Shown: positions 41,515 to 55,420, counted from the stretch's first letter. The stretch is 64,000 nt of DNA from Eledone cirrhosa (GCA_964016885.1 OZ024757.1:22568001-22632000), one strand, 5' to 3'. Numbers and translations: made by a program. Notes: a model not told the origin generated them from the letters alone.

Positions 41515-42268
41515 ACGCGGAGCTTGACATCAATTGTCGGATCGGCTAAGGAGCTGCAGTTTTCCAGCGGCTGTGCCCAGTCTGGTCGTCTTCATACATT
41601 AGCACCAAGACCAAAGGAGCTGCAGTTTTCCAGCGGCTGTGCCCAGACTGGTCGTCTTCATGCATTAGCACCAAGACCAAAGGAGCCGCAGTTTTCCAGC
41701 GGCTGTCCCCAGTCTGGTCGTCTTCATACATTAGCACCAAGACCAAAGGAGCCGCAGTTTTCCAGCAGCTGTCCCCAGTCTGGTCGTCTTCATACATTAG
41801 CACCAAGACCAAAGGAACTGCAGTTTTCCAGCGGCTGTCTCCAGTCTGGTCGTCTTCATACATTAGCACCAAGACCAAAGGAGCCGAGTTTTCCAGCGGC
41901 TATGGCCAGTCTGATCGTCTTCATACATTAGCACCAAGACCAAGCTGAGCCTGTACAAGAGCATCGTGCTGCCAACAGTGCTTTATGGGAGCGAGACCTG
42001 GAAGAGTACGGCCAAAAATAGAGAGACGGCTGAATGCTTTCTCTACCAGCAGTGCCTGCAAAAGATCCTTCGTGTGTCCTGGCGCAACCGAGTGCAAAAC
42101 GAGCAGATCCTGCGGAGTGCCGAGAGTCGTGGACGCTACAAAGAGTGGTCACGGAGCGTCAGTGCCTTCTGGCTGGCCGCCATATTCTGCGTCTGCCAAA
42201 TGAACGGCATTCGAAAACAGCGATGAACTGGACTCCGCCTGGCGGTAAACGGAGGCGGGGGTTGCCGT
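41515..42268 (+). mobile_element. RTE-clade LINE fragment (post-RT region) with internal 66-bp x6 tandem expansion
   Basis: AVFQRL.PVWSSSYISTKTK repeated, then LSLYKSIVLPTVLYGSETW...GRHILRLPNERHSKTAMNWTPPGGKRRRGLP with frameshifts. Confidence 0.85.
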
Positions 42269-42926
42269 AGAAAACCTGCCAGATAGTCCTATATGAGCGA
42301 GACACGGTCACCTGACCAACCTTTCCTCAAGTGGGACAACTCCCATCTAACCCATGCTAGCGTGGAAGATGGGCGTTAAACAATGATGATGATGATGATA
42401 TTCACACATAGTCACACAGATTCACATCTACTAATAAGTTAGGGCTCCTTCAAAAGGCGCGCACACACTCCTCCCACCCCACTTTACAAACAAGGCCCTT
42501 GCTCCCCCATACATGTACATACATACATACTAGAATATACATACATACATACTAGCATACACATACATACTAACGTATACATACATACAAGCATATGCAT
42601 ACATACATACTAGCATACACATACATACATACTAACGTATACATACATACAAGCATATACATACATACATACTAGCATATACATATATATACATACTAGC
42701 ATATACATTCATACATACTAACATATACATACACACATACATACTAGCATATACATACATACTAGCATATACATACATACTAGCATAAACATACATACTA
42801 GCATATACATTCATACATACTAACATATATATACACACATACATACTAGCATATACATACAAACATACATACTAGCATGCACATACATACTAGCATGTAC
42901 ACACATACATACTAGCATATATCTAT

Positions 42927-43849
42927 CTAGGGTGAGTAAAATTCCCGAGATCCATGGATGAGTTCTCTCCAGCGGTCTCTGTCCCTCATTATTGCTGCCA
43001 TATCCTGCATCTCCAACAGACCAGTGTCTGTCCTTAGGGCATCAACATATGTTATCCTTGATCTCCCTCTTCCAGTGTGTCCATGTAGGGGCTCCCACAG
43101 GAGCACTGAGTGCAGTGTCAACTCTGGATGTCGGTGAGCATATCCAGCTAACCTCAGTCTCCTCTGTGTCACTTTTGAGCTGACTTTTGGGAGGCTCCCA
43201 TACAGCTCTGAGTTTTTCATCCTCAGTTTATACTGATTAATGTTCAGAGCCATCCTCAGCATTCTCGTGTAGCACCCATCCACCATCTGAGTGAGTTTCT
43301 TGGTCAGTGTCCAAGTCTCAGACCCATACAGCAGCACAGACTCCACTATAGTAATGAAGAGGCGGATCTTCAGGTCTTCACGAAGGTCCGACTTCCACAC
43401 CGATCTCAAACTGTGGCACGCCGCCCAGGCTTTGCTCTTCCTCTCAACCACATCATCTTCCGTATTCCCAATCTTTGCTCCCAAATACAGAAAGTCCTCA
43501 ACTAATTCCAGCGGCTTCCCGCCTACATTAGTGATACCCTCTGGCTTCTCAACATTCTCTACCAGACATTTTGCCTTAGTCTCATTCATTCTCAGCCCCA
43601 CACTCATTGACAGTCTCAACTTCCTGCATCAACTCCTCTGCCTCCTTCACTGTATTTGTCACCAAAACTATGTCGTCAACAAATTCAGCATCCAATATCT
43701 TTTTCGCCTTAACTCTCCTGCTTTGAGCCGGTGTTATAGTAAAGCCAGAGTCCTGGTGTTTCTCCAGTGCAAGGCGCATACAATAGTCCACTACAATGAT
43801 AAAAAGGTAGGGAGCCAATGTATCTCCCTGGAGCACTCCAGCCAGAATT
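42927..43849 (-). mobile_element. RTE-clade LINE, RT C-terminal half to ORF end
   Basis: ILAGVLQGDTLAPYLFIIVVDY...FVDDIVL...FLYLG...LLYGSETWTL...DRDRWR; one frameshift near 43600. Confidence 0.92.
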
Positions 43850-44226
43850 GCCAAAGAAGGGAGATCTCTCTAACACCAACAACTTGTGGCAAAGACCCCC
43901 AACAGGATGATTCTTAACAGGATCCAGCCCAAGATGGAGAAGAAGCTCAGGGACAACGAGAATGGCTTCAGAGAGGGAAGATCAACCACCAGTCACATCC
44001 TGATGCTGAGGAGGATATTAGAGGGAGCTAGAGCAATGCGTCTTCCTGCGGTCATGGTTTTCATTGACTTTAGGAAGGACTTTGATTCTGTGGACCGTCA
44101 CTGCCTGATGAAGATCTCACAGGCTTATGGAATCCCCAAGAAGATAGTGGACCTGATATCACTGTTCTACACCAACACCAAAGCCCAAGTCATTACACCT
44201 GATGGAATGACAGAGTTCTTTGAGAT
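43850..44226 (+). mobile_element. RTE-clade LINE, RT N-terminal half, inverted relative to 42927-43849
   Basis: PKKGDLSNTNN...NRMILNRIQP...NGFREGRSTTSHI...FIDFRKDFDSV...TPDGMTEFFEI. Confidence 0.92.
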
Positions 44227-45023
44227 ATTTGGAGATATATATAAACATTTACCCTACTTGCACTTGCCGCCAAAACTAGATTATTTATGGAAGCAATATT
44301 AATAGAATACCACAATTCAAATCAAAAAAAAAAAAAAGAAATCCCCTAAATCAATGTAGATATGCTATAGATTAGTTACAATGAAATAGCATTCCCAGGT
44401 AGCAGATATAAAACTGGAGTCAACAGTTAACATTTTAAACTTAACTGCAATGTCAGCAGAAATGAAGTTCCAGACTTGTTTCCTCTTCCTGCTACAAAAT
44501 GGTACCAACATATGCCTTGACCAATCATTTCCTTCAAATCAGTTGTTAGCAAACCTTTTTCTCTATCATGTAGAAACCACCACCACTTCTACTTAACTCC
44601 TAACATAAAACTACATTAGCAAGACTCCCTTGTTATGTACAAACCAGCTCTATGACTGCATCATTAAAAATTGAAGTCTTTACATTAATACTTTAAATTT
44701 TCACAATAATTTGTCCATTAGTGAGACTTCCTTTAAAAGTACAAAACACCAATATGACTGCAACACATTAAAGATTGAAGTCTTTACACTAATACTGTAA
44801 AGTTTCACAACAATTAGTCCACTAGTAAAGATACTGTAAACATTTGAATTAACAAACCAGATGAAACTACATTACCAAGACTTTCTTGAAACGTACTAGA
44901 CAATACTATGACTGCATCACATTCAAATTTGAAGTCTTTATTCTAATTCTATAAATTTTCACAATGATCTGTCCATTAGTAAAGATATATGCAATACACA
45001 CACACACATATATATACATATAT

Positions 45024-45097
<74 letters not shown>

Positions 45098-45106
<9 letters not shown>

Positions 45107-45642
45107 GAGAAAAAGATAGAGTGCGATGAAGTGGGGGAAGGAAATATCATACATATAAATATACATACATATATATATATACACACACAGAGAAAAAGAT
45201 AGAGTGCGATGAAGTGGGGGAAGGAAATATCATACATATAAATATACATACATATATATATATACATACATATATATATATACATACATATATATATATA
45301 TACACACACAGAGAAAAAGATAGAGTGCGATGAAGTGGGGGAAGGAAATATCATACATATAAATATACATACATATATATATATATACATATATATATAC
45401 ACACACAGAGAAAAAGATAGAGTGAGACCGAGTGGGGGAAGGAAATATCATACATATAAATATACATACATATATATATACATACATATATATATACACA
45501 CACAGAGAAAAAGATAGAGTGAGAGCGAGTGGGAGAAGGAAATATCATACATATAAATATACATACATATATATACATACACATATATATATACACACAC
45601 AGAGAAAAAGATAGAGTGAGATGAAGTGGGGGAAGGAAATAT
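45098..45642. repeat. Six copies of a ~65-bp unit with variable TA/CA spacers
   Basis: CACAGAGAAAAAGATAGAGTG.GA.GA.GTGGGGGAAGGAAATAT repeated. Confidence 0.92.
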
Positions 45643-45951
45643 TTAAATTGCACACAAACTTGTTGATACATACATATGTGTGTGAATATGTGTGTATATA
45701 TATATATATATATAAATATATATATATATATGCAAAGTTTTATTTAAATTGTTGGGTTAACAACGAGTAAATATTTATAACTGATATAAAAGCACTCAAC
45801 AAGTATTTGGAGTATATAAACGATATTAAATAAATGGAAACTATATTTATAAAACCATATTTATTTCATTACTACCAAATCAACTTTTCAAATAGAAGTC
45901 GAAGTTGAAAGGTATGTCGAATCTATCTATTTATAAGACTGTTTATATTGT

Positions 45952-46015
45952 ATTTTGTCTGAAGAAGGCATAACATATTTTTAATATGATATCCCTGAAA
46001 TATATATAATGAAAT
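45952..46015 (+). ncRNA. Minimal type I hammerhead ribozyme motif in an inverted-repeat Penelope-like fragment
   Basis: ATTTTGT-CTGAAGA-AGG...CCT-GAAAT-ATAT-ATA-ATGAAAT; 51-bp inverted arms at 45821-45871 and 46007-46057. Confidence 0.65.
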
Positions 46016-46878
46016 AAATATGGTTTTATAAATATAGTTTCCATTTATTTAATATCGTATATATATATATATATATATGGACACAAAAAAAACACATTAA
46101 AATCTAGTGAAGCAGAGATATAAAAATATTACCACCTACCACCATCATCAAACCCCACCAACAACAACAGCTACCACCACCACCACCACCACCATCCATG
46201 AAGACGACAACAACCACCACCACTGCCATCATCATCACCAACAACAACAGCAACAACAGCAACAACCACTACCATCACCATCACAACAACCACCACCACC
46301 ACCACCAACTACAACAGCAACAACAGCAACAACAACCACTACCATCATCACCACCAACAACAACCACTACCATCACCATCACAACAACCACCACCAACTA
46401 CAACAGCAACAACAGCAACAACCACCACTACCATCATCACCACCAACAACAACCACTACCATCACCATCACAACAACCACCACCAACTACAACAGCAACA
46501 ACAGCAACAACCACCACTACCATCATCACCACCAACAACAACCACTACCATCACCATCACAACAACCACCACCACTACAAACACTATATACATATATATA
46601 TATATATATATAATTTATTACTTGTGAGATTTCTTCGGAAATCTAGCAGATGCTAAGTGGAGCGCTGTGACAGATACCTGGTTGTTGACAGTGATTATGG
46701 ACCATCAAGTGACCAGAGTCCAAAAGAGTTTAAAGCCCGGCCATATTTTTATTGCTTCCATTTCTTCAGCAGAAATTAAACATAGTAGCTAGGCTTAGGC
46801 TTTTCTCTGTACTTCTTCTATTGATTTCAATGTTTGGAGATGAGCAGCCAAGCTTTTCAGACTCCTAAACACAGACAA

Positions 46879-49800
46879 ACACACTTGTCTCAGCTTGTGT
46901 ACACACATACATACACACACAAACACACGCACACTTCCACCAGTAACACACTTGTCTCAGCTTGTGTACACACATACATACACACACACGCACACTTCCA
47001 CCAGTAACACACTTGTCTCAGCTTGTGTACACACATACATACACACACACATGCACACTTCCACCAGTAACACACTTGTCTCAGCTTGTGTACACACATA
47101 CATACACACACATGCACACTTCCACCAGTAATACACTTGTCTCATCTCGTGTACACACATACATACACACACACGCACACTTCCACCAGTAAACACACTT
47201 GTCTCAGCTTGTGTACACACATACATACACACACACACACTTCCACCAGTAACACACTTGTCTCAGCTTGTGTACACACATACACACACACACTTCCACC
47301 AGTAACACACTTGTCTCAGTTTGCGTACACACATACATACACACACACGCACACTTCCACCAGTAACACACTTGTCTCAGCTTGTGTACACACATACATA
47401 CACACACACACTTCCACCAGTAATACACTTGTCTCAGCTTGTGTACACACATACATACACACACACACACTTCCACCAGTAACACACTTGTCTCAGCTTG
47501 TGTACACACATACATACACACACACATTTCCACCAGTAACACACTTGTCTCAGCTTGTGTACACACATACATACACACACGCACACTTCCACCAGTAACA
47601 CACTTGTCTCAGTTTGTGTACACACATACATACACACACACACACTTCCACCAGTAACACACTTGTCTCAGCTTGTGTACACACATACATACACACACAC
47701 ATTTCCACCAGTAACTCACTTGTCTCAGCTTGTGTACACACATACACACACACACACTTCCACCAGTAACACACTTGTCTCAGCTTGTGTACACACATAC
47801 ATACCCACACACTTCCACCAGTAACTCACTTGTCGTAGCTTGTGTACACACATACATACACACACACACACACTTCCACCAGTAACACACTTGTCTCAGC
47901 TTGTGTACGCACATACATACACACACACGCACACTTCCACCAGTAACACACTTGTCTCAGCATGTGTACACACATACATACACACACACATGCACACTTC
48001 CACCAGTAACACACTTGTCTCAGCTTGTGTACACACATACATACACACACACACGCACACTTCCACCAGTAACACACTTGTCTCAGCTTGTGTACACACA
48101 TACATACACACACACGCACACTTCCACCAGTAACACACTTGTCTCAGCTTGTGTACACACATACATACACACACACACACACACACACTTCCACCAGTAA
48201 CACACTTGTCTCAGCTTGTGTACACACATACATACACACACACATACACACTTCCACCAGTAACACACTTGTCTCAGCTTGTGCACACACATACATACAC
48301 ACACATGCACACTTCCACCAGTAACACACTTGTCTCAGCTTGTGCACACACATACATACACACACATGCACACTTCCACCAGTAACACACTTGTCTCAGC
48401 TTGTGTACACACATACATACACACACACGCACACTTCCACCAGTAAACACACTTGTCTCAGCTTGTGTACACACATACATACACACACACACACTTCCAC
48501 CAGTAACACACTTGTCTCAGCTTGTGTACACACATACACACACACACTTCCACCAGTAACACACTTGTCTCAGTTTGCGTACACACATACATACACACAC
48601 ACGCACACTTCCACCAGTAACACACTTGTCTCAGCTTGTGTACACACATACATACACACACACACTTCCACCAGTAATACACTTGTCTCAGCTTGTGTAC
48701 ACACATACATACACACACACACACTTCCACCAGTAACACACTTGTCTCAGCTTGTGTACACACATACATACACACACACACACGCACACTTCCACCAGTA
48801 ACACACTTGTCTCAGTTTGCGTACACACATACATACACACACATGCACACTTCCACCAGTAACACACTTGTCTCAGCTTGTGTACACACATACATACACA
48901 CACACACTTCCACCAGTAATACACTTGTCTCAGCTTGTGTACACACATACATACACACACACACACTTCCACCAGTAACACACTTGTCTCAGCTTGTGTA
49001 CACACATACATACACACACACATTTCCACCAGTAACACACTTGTCTCAGCTTGTGTACACACATACATACACACACACACGCACACTTCCACCAGTAACA
49101 CACTTGTCTCAGTTTGTGTACACACATACATACACACACACACACTTCCACCAGTAACACACTTGTCTCAGCTTGTGTACACACATACATACACACACAC
49201 ATTTCCACCAGTAACTCACTTGTCTCAGCTTGTGTACACACATACACACACACACACTTCCACCAGTAACACACTTGTCTCAGCTTGTGTACACACATAC
49301 ATACCCACACACTTCCACCAGTAACTCACTTGTCGTAGCTTGTGTACACACATACATACACACACACACACACTTCCACCAGTAACACACTTGTCTCAGC
49401 TTGTGTACGCACATACATACACACACACGCACACTTCCACCAGTAAACACAATTGTCTCAGCTTGTGTACACACATACATACACACACACACACACACTT
49501 CCACCAGTAACACACTTGTCTCAGCTTGTTTACACACATACATACACACACACACACTTCCACCAGTAACACACTTGTCTCAGCATGTGTACACACATAC
49601 ATACACACACACATGCACACTTCCACCAGTAACACACTTGTCTCAGCTTGTGTACACACATACATACACACACACACGCACACTTCCACCAGTAACACAC
49701 TTGTCTCAGCTTGTGTACACACATGCACACTTCCACCAGTAACACACTTGTCTCAGCTTGTGTACACACATACATACACACACACACGCACACTTCCACC

Positions 49801-50335
49801 AGTAACACACTTGTCTCAGCTTGTGTACACACATACACACACACACACGCACACTTCCGCCAGTAACACACTTGTCTCAGCTTGTGTACACACATACATA
49901 CACACACACACACACACTTCCACCAGTAACACACTTGTCTCAGCTTGTGTACACACATACATACACACACACTTCCACCAGTAACACACTTGTCTCAGCT
50001 TGTGTACACACACATACACATACTTCCATCAGTAACACACTTGTCTCAGCATGTGTACACATACACATACTTCCACCAATAACACACTTGTCTCAGCTTG
50101 TGTACACATAATTCCACCAGTAACACACTTGTCTCAGCTTGTGTACACACTTACACACACACTTCCACCAGTAACACACTTGTCTCAGCTTGTGTACACA
50201 CTTACACACACACTTCCACCAGTAACACACTTGTCTCAGCTTGTGTACACACATACACACACACTTCCACCAGTAACACACTTGTCTCAGCTTGTGTACA
50301 CACACATATACACATACTTCCACCAATAACACACT
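46879..50335. repeat. ~60-bp minisatellite, about 3.45 kb
   Basis: Constant CTTCCACCAGTAACACACTTGTCTCAGCTTGTGTAC plus a variable CA tract. Confidence 0.97.
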
Positions 50336-50895
50336 GCCATTCACCCTTACGGGGTCGATGAAATAAAGTACCAGTAATACACTGGAATAATTGCTAGCCT
50401 TGTGCCAGAAGTAGAAACAATTATTGGTAGAGCGTCGGACACCATACTTTGTAGCATAGAGCTACAGCCCTTTACGTTCTGAGTTTACTTTTGCCTTTCA
50501 TCCTTACGGGGGTCGATAAAATAAAGTACCAGTAATGCACTGGGATAATTGAGAAGTAGAAACAATTATTGGTAGAGTGTCGGACACTATGCTTTGTAGC
50601 ATAGAGCTACAGCCCTTTACGTTCTGAGTTTAGTTTTGCCATTCACCCTTACGGGGGTCGATGAAATAAAGTACCAGTAATACACTGAAATAATTGCTGG
50701 CCTTGTGCCAGAAGTAGAAACAATTATTGGTAGAGCGTCGGACACCATACTTTGTAGCATAGAGCTACAGCCCTTTACGTCCTGAGATTAGTTTTGCCTT
50801 TCATCCTTACTGGGGTCGATGAAATAAAGTACCAGTAATACACTGGAATAATTGCTGGCCTTGTGCCAGAAGTAGAAACAATTATTATTATTATT
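50335..50895 (+). mobile_element. Tandem array of internally deleted Meta-type SINE units
   Basis: Three units GGTAGAG.GTCGGACAC.AT.CTTTGTAGCATAGAGCTACAGCCC plus a leading partial; the B-box segment CAAATCCCGCCGAGG is missing in all. Confidence 0.8.
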
Positions 50896-51707
50896 ACCAC
50901 CTTTTCACAAGTTGGGGTGTTACTGCTGGTTATATACAACTCCACATCTGGTGTAACATCAGTTTAAGGTATGGAGAACAACTGGTTCTTCTCTCATTTA
51001 ATTGACACAATGTAATCACATATATGAGCACGTACACATACACTCACAAATTGTAACACTCACAGTCACACAGCCATACATATGCACACACTCACAAAAA
51101 CACTCACACATATATGCATACCTGCACACATTGTCAAACACACACACAGACATAGCTACACACACCCACATGCATAGTCACTCACAGATACACACAGAAA
51201 TAGTCACACACACACACACTAAATGAAGTATACACACACACACACATGTACAAACAGTCATACACTTATACAGACATCACAACACGACACACACACCATA
51301 CATACACTCACACACCACACACCATACACACACATACACGCACCACACAAATACTACACACACACACCCACACCACACTCACACGCCAAACATACACACC
51401 ACACATACACCACACACCCACTCCTTACACCACACGACACCACACACATACACCACACACCACACCACACACATACACACATCACACCACACCACATACC
51501 ACACCACATACCACACCACACACATCATACCACACCACACACCACACCACACCACACACCACACCCAACACACACTCCATACAGTGAAAGATACATAAAA
51601 AAGAAGCTGTTTTGATGTAAAATATATGTGTCTGGGTTACAAATATATGACAAAAGGTTTCAATTTTTAATGATATATATCATACCACTGCGAAAATAGT
51701 AGTAGCA

Positions 51708-51740
<33 letters not shown>

Positions 51741-51743
<3 letters not shown>

Positions 51744-52082
51744 GACGGACAAGAAACTGGAACACAATAGACCTGACCTGGTGGTTTTGGACAAGGAAAA
51801 AAGATCATGCCTGATTGTGGATGTGGCCTGCCCATTCGACACGAAAGTGCAAGAGAAGGAGAGGGATAAAAATTAACCGATACCAGGACTTAAAGTGGGA
51901 GTTAAAAAGGATTTGGAACTGCCATGAAGTCAGAGTCGTCCCAATTGTCATAGGCGCACTAGGTACTATCTCAAGGAGTTTCCAGGGATGGTTAAAGAAG
52001 ATTAGTCCGGCCCCGCTTTTTTGAACACTTCAAAAGGCATGCTTGCTGGGAACGGCAAGAACCCTCCGATACGTCCTGATTA
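51741..52082 (+). mobile_element. R4/Dong-like non-LTR retrotransposon fragment (restriction-like endonuclease domain)
   Basis: QTDKKLEHNRPDLVVLDKEKRSCLIVDVACPFD...KINRYQDLKWELKRIW...VVPIVIGALG...LQKACLLGTARTLRYVL, with a frameshift and a stop; preceded by (TAA)n. Confidence 0.8.
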
Positions 52083-52476
52083 TTATGTAGGTTTCGCTTT
52101 GTACTTAGGTAAGGCGGGTCCAGTGACATTGTCTTGGAGAGGTGTAAGTGTGTAAGGTCGGAATTTATCAAATCGTCCCAGGTTTTTCTGGGTCTGCCTA
52201 GTTTATATATATAATAAAATGTTGTAGTTTGCTTGAAGCATTGTATATAATATATAATGTGGAAAGTGGTATAAGGCTAAGCAGGGCAAAATGGATGGTA
52301 AGATGGAGATAACGAAAGGGTTAGTTACCTGGTATCTTTGTTTTGTTTTTTTTGTTGCTGCTGTTTCTTTCATTAAAAACAAAACAAAGATTACCAGCTA
52401 ACTTACATTTTTGTTACTTTCATCTTACAATCCATTTTGAATTGTCTAGCCTTATATCACTTTCCACATTATATAT

Positions 52477-53352
52477 ATCATCATCATCAGGTTTAGCGTC
52501 CGTGTTCCACGCTTGCATGGGTTTGGACGGGGGTTTTCCCACTTGAGGCAAGAGTGGTTGTCTTGCTCGCATAGGACTGTCTGGCGGGTTTTCTACAGTT
52601 GGATGCCCTTCCTAACACCAACCACATTTACAGTGTGGGGCTGTGAGGTTTTTACCGTGTTGCCTACACGGCCACATTACAGCGTGGACTGTCTGGCGGG
52701 TTTTCTACAGCTGGATGCCCTTCCTAACACCAACCACATTTACAGTGTGGGGCTGGGAGGTTTTTACCGTGTTTCCTACACGGCCACATTTACAGCGTGG
52801 ACTGTGTGTTTTTTGTCGTGACACCTACACGATCTCATTTGTTTCGGCCTGGATGTTGTGGGACCAACATAACTTTACATTGAAAGGGGCGGTGTGGGTG
52901 GGGTGGAGGTGGTGGGACGGGGGTGTGTTTTGATAGAGATGCCTACTGACTGTAGTAGGTTTTTACTTTGTATTTAGGTAAGGCGGGTCTTCTCTATTAC
53001 TGAGTACCGCCAAAGGTCTCGGTCCAGTGACATTGTCTTGGAGAGGTGTAAGCGTGTGAGGTCGGAATTTATCAGCTCGTCCCATGTTTTTCTGGGTCTG
53101 CCTACTCCGTGGCTACCGTCTATCTTTATTGCCCTGCACTTTGTTATACAGCTGTCGTCTTTCATGCGCATCACGTGACCGTACCAACGTAGCCTTCTCT
53201 CGAGTAAACAACATCTGATCCCTCTTATTTCTAATTTTTTCCTTAGTTCGTTTATGCTTTGCCGTTCACGTATATTACTATTGCACATCCAGCGGAGCAT
53301 GCAAGCTTCGTTCCTCTCTAGTCTGCGTATATCCTCTGCACACAATGCCCAG

Positions 53353-53356
<4 letters not shown>
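52477..53356 (-). mobile_element. RTE LINE 3' end with ORF C-terminus and complete 3' UTR
   Basis: RRLERNEACMLRWMC...RRLRWYGHVMRM...GRPRKTW...DRDLWR, then a UTR with GGAAGGGCATCC repeats and a (GAT)n tail. Confidence 0.9.
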
Positions 53357-53400
<44 letters not shown>

Positions 53401-53543
53401 ATAATAATAAATTTGAAGACTAAAATCTAAAGAGGGCTCGATAAGGATAGCAAAACTTTGGTTCGCTCTCATCAGATAAAATACAAAGTTTGTTTTTAAG
53501 GTCTCATTCCTGGATATGTCCCTATTTATAAAACAAACTTTGT

Positions 53544-53602
53544 ATTTTATCTGATGAGAGCGTACCAAAGTTTTGGTACCCTTGAAATATATATAATAGA
53601 AT
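53544..53602 (+). ncRNA. Minimal type I hammerhead ribozyme motif in an inverted-repeat Penelope-like fragment
   Basis: ATTTTAT-CTGATGA-GAGCGTACCAAAGTTTTGGTACCCTT-GAAAT-ATAT-ATA-ATAGAAT; inverted arms at 53451-53496 and 53530-53575. Confidence 0.72.
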
Positions 53603-53644
53603 AAATATAGTTTTATAAATATAGTTTCCATTTATTAATATTAT

Positions 53645-53700
<56 letters not shown>

Positions 53701-53761
53701 ATATATGATGAAATGATGATGATGATATATATATATGATATATATGATGAAATGATGATGA

Positions 53762-53794
<33 letters not shown>

Positions 53795-54088
53795 TATATA
53801 TTATGGTCTGTGATATCTGAGCTGGGAATTAGCAATAAATGGAATCAAGGTCTTTTGTATTAATTCCTAGACTTTACACAATAACTCATCTCTAAATGAA
53901 TTCTAAATTGCTGATGTTTATATGACAGCTGGCAATTACACACAAACACACACACAAACACACAACACACACACATATATATGCATATGTCTATATATAC
54001 ATATATATATTTATATGTACATATATATAAATGGAGAGAGAATATTGGAAAACTACAATATTACCCTACACCTATATATATATATATA

Positions 54089-54300
54089 TAGGAACGAGTA
54101 GGACCCCGACGGCTGAGCTCAAGCCGTTTTGACGGCTAGTTCTGGACTAGTTCTGGACTAATTCTAATCCAGAATTAGACGTCGAAATGGCTTGAGCTCA
54201 GCCGTCGGGGTCCTACTCGTTCCTATTACCCACTCTACTACCCTAAGTATTGAGTACTTTGGTGCGTTATGGTCCATCTGGTTCCTTACCACATTTCCTT

Positions 54301-54305
<5 letters not shown>
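54089..54305 (-). mobile_element. Penelope-like fragment with fold-back
   Basis: 54168-54305 is the reverse complement of about 1911-2048; arms 54089-54146 and 54168-54225 are inverted. Confidence 0.65.
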
Positions 54306-54348
<43 letters not shown>

Positions 54349-54398
54349 TCATCATCGTCGATTAACGTCTATCTTTCACACTAGTTATATATATATAT

Positions 54399-54469
<71 letters not shown>

Positions 54470-54741
54470 GAACTGACTAAGTGAATTTCGTTGAAATCTG
54501 CAGTAGCTAATGGTCAACTTCCTTCGGACATGCACCTGCGCAGACCGGTGGGGGTGAATTGGTACTCACAGGGGAACGGATGAAGAACCCAAAAGCACAC
54601 ACTTCGTCCATTCCCATGTCGATTCAATTTGGATTGCCTTGGAAACATAACCTTATTGTGTAACAAGCTGTCTGACGATGTCGCTACACTCTCACACAGA
54701 ACAGTGTGGCCAGTGTCGTCATTGAAATATATATCACAGCA

Positions 54742-54902
54742 TTGACGCCATGCTTTCCAGCATAGTTACGTCCCTTTACAGTCTGAGTTCAAATCCCGCC
54801 GAGGTTAACTTTGCCTCTCATCCTTACGGGGTCGATAAAATAAAGTACCAGTAATGTACTGGGTAATTGTTGGCCTTGTGCCTAAAGTAGAAACAATTAT
54901 TA
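54742..54902 (+). mobile_element. Meta-type SINE (5'-truncated)
   Basis: B box, Meta-like domain and tail. Confidence 0.85.
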
Positions 54903-54951
54903 AAAGACTTGAACATCTGAAACTACTTCGCTTTTCCTTATTCTATATATA

Positions 54952-54990
<39 letters not shown>

Positions 54991-55115
54991 GTAAGTCCCG
55001 AGTTGAGTCGGGGATAACCACAGTAAGTAAGGTACTCAATACATGGCAGAGTATCCTGAAGATTTCATCTGAATGAAACAGTACTAGTCCTGTAGAAACT
55101 CCTTCTATACAATAA

Positions 55116-55147
<32 letters not shown>

Positions 55148-55200
55148 ATATATATGTTTATATATTTCCATGTATATATATATGTTTATATATTTCTAAG

Positions 55201-55236
<36 letters not shown>

Positions 55237-55379
55237 TATATACATTCATATATACATATGCACACACATACATATATTTGTCACCATTTCTTAGAGAGAA
55301 CATCTTCATTGTTGTTTATTGTTATTGTAGTTGATAAGATATTTCACTTATACAAAGTAGTAGTAGTAGTAGTAGTAGC

Positions 55380-55420
<41 letters not shown>

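Noticed and set aside
46879-50335. CRISPR-like look (constant ~36 bp plus variable spacer); similar at 24960-25612 and 45098-45642
   Set aside because: Spacers are simple CA/TA tracts rather than unique sequences; no cas genes; eukaryotic context.
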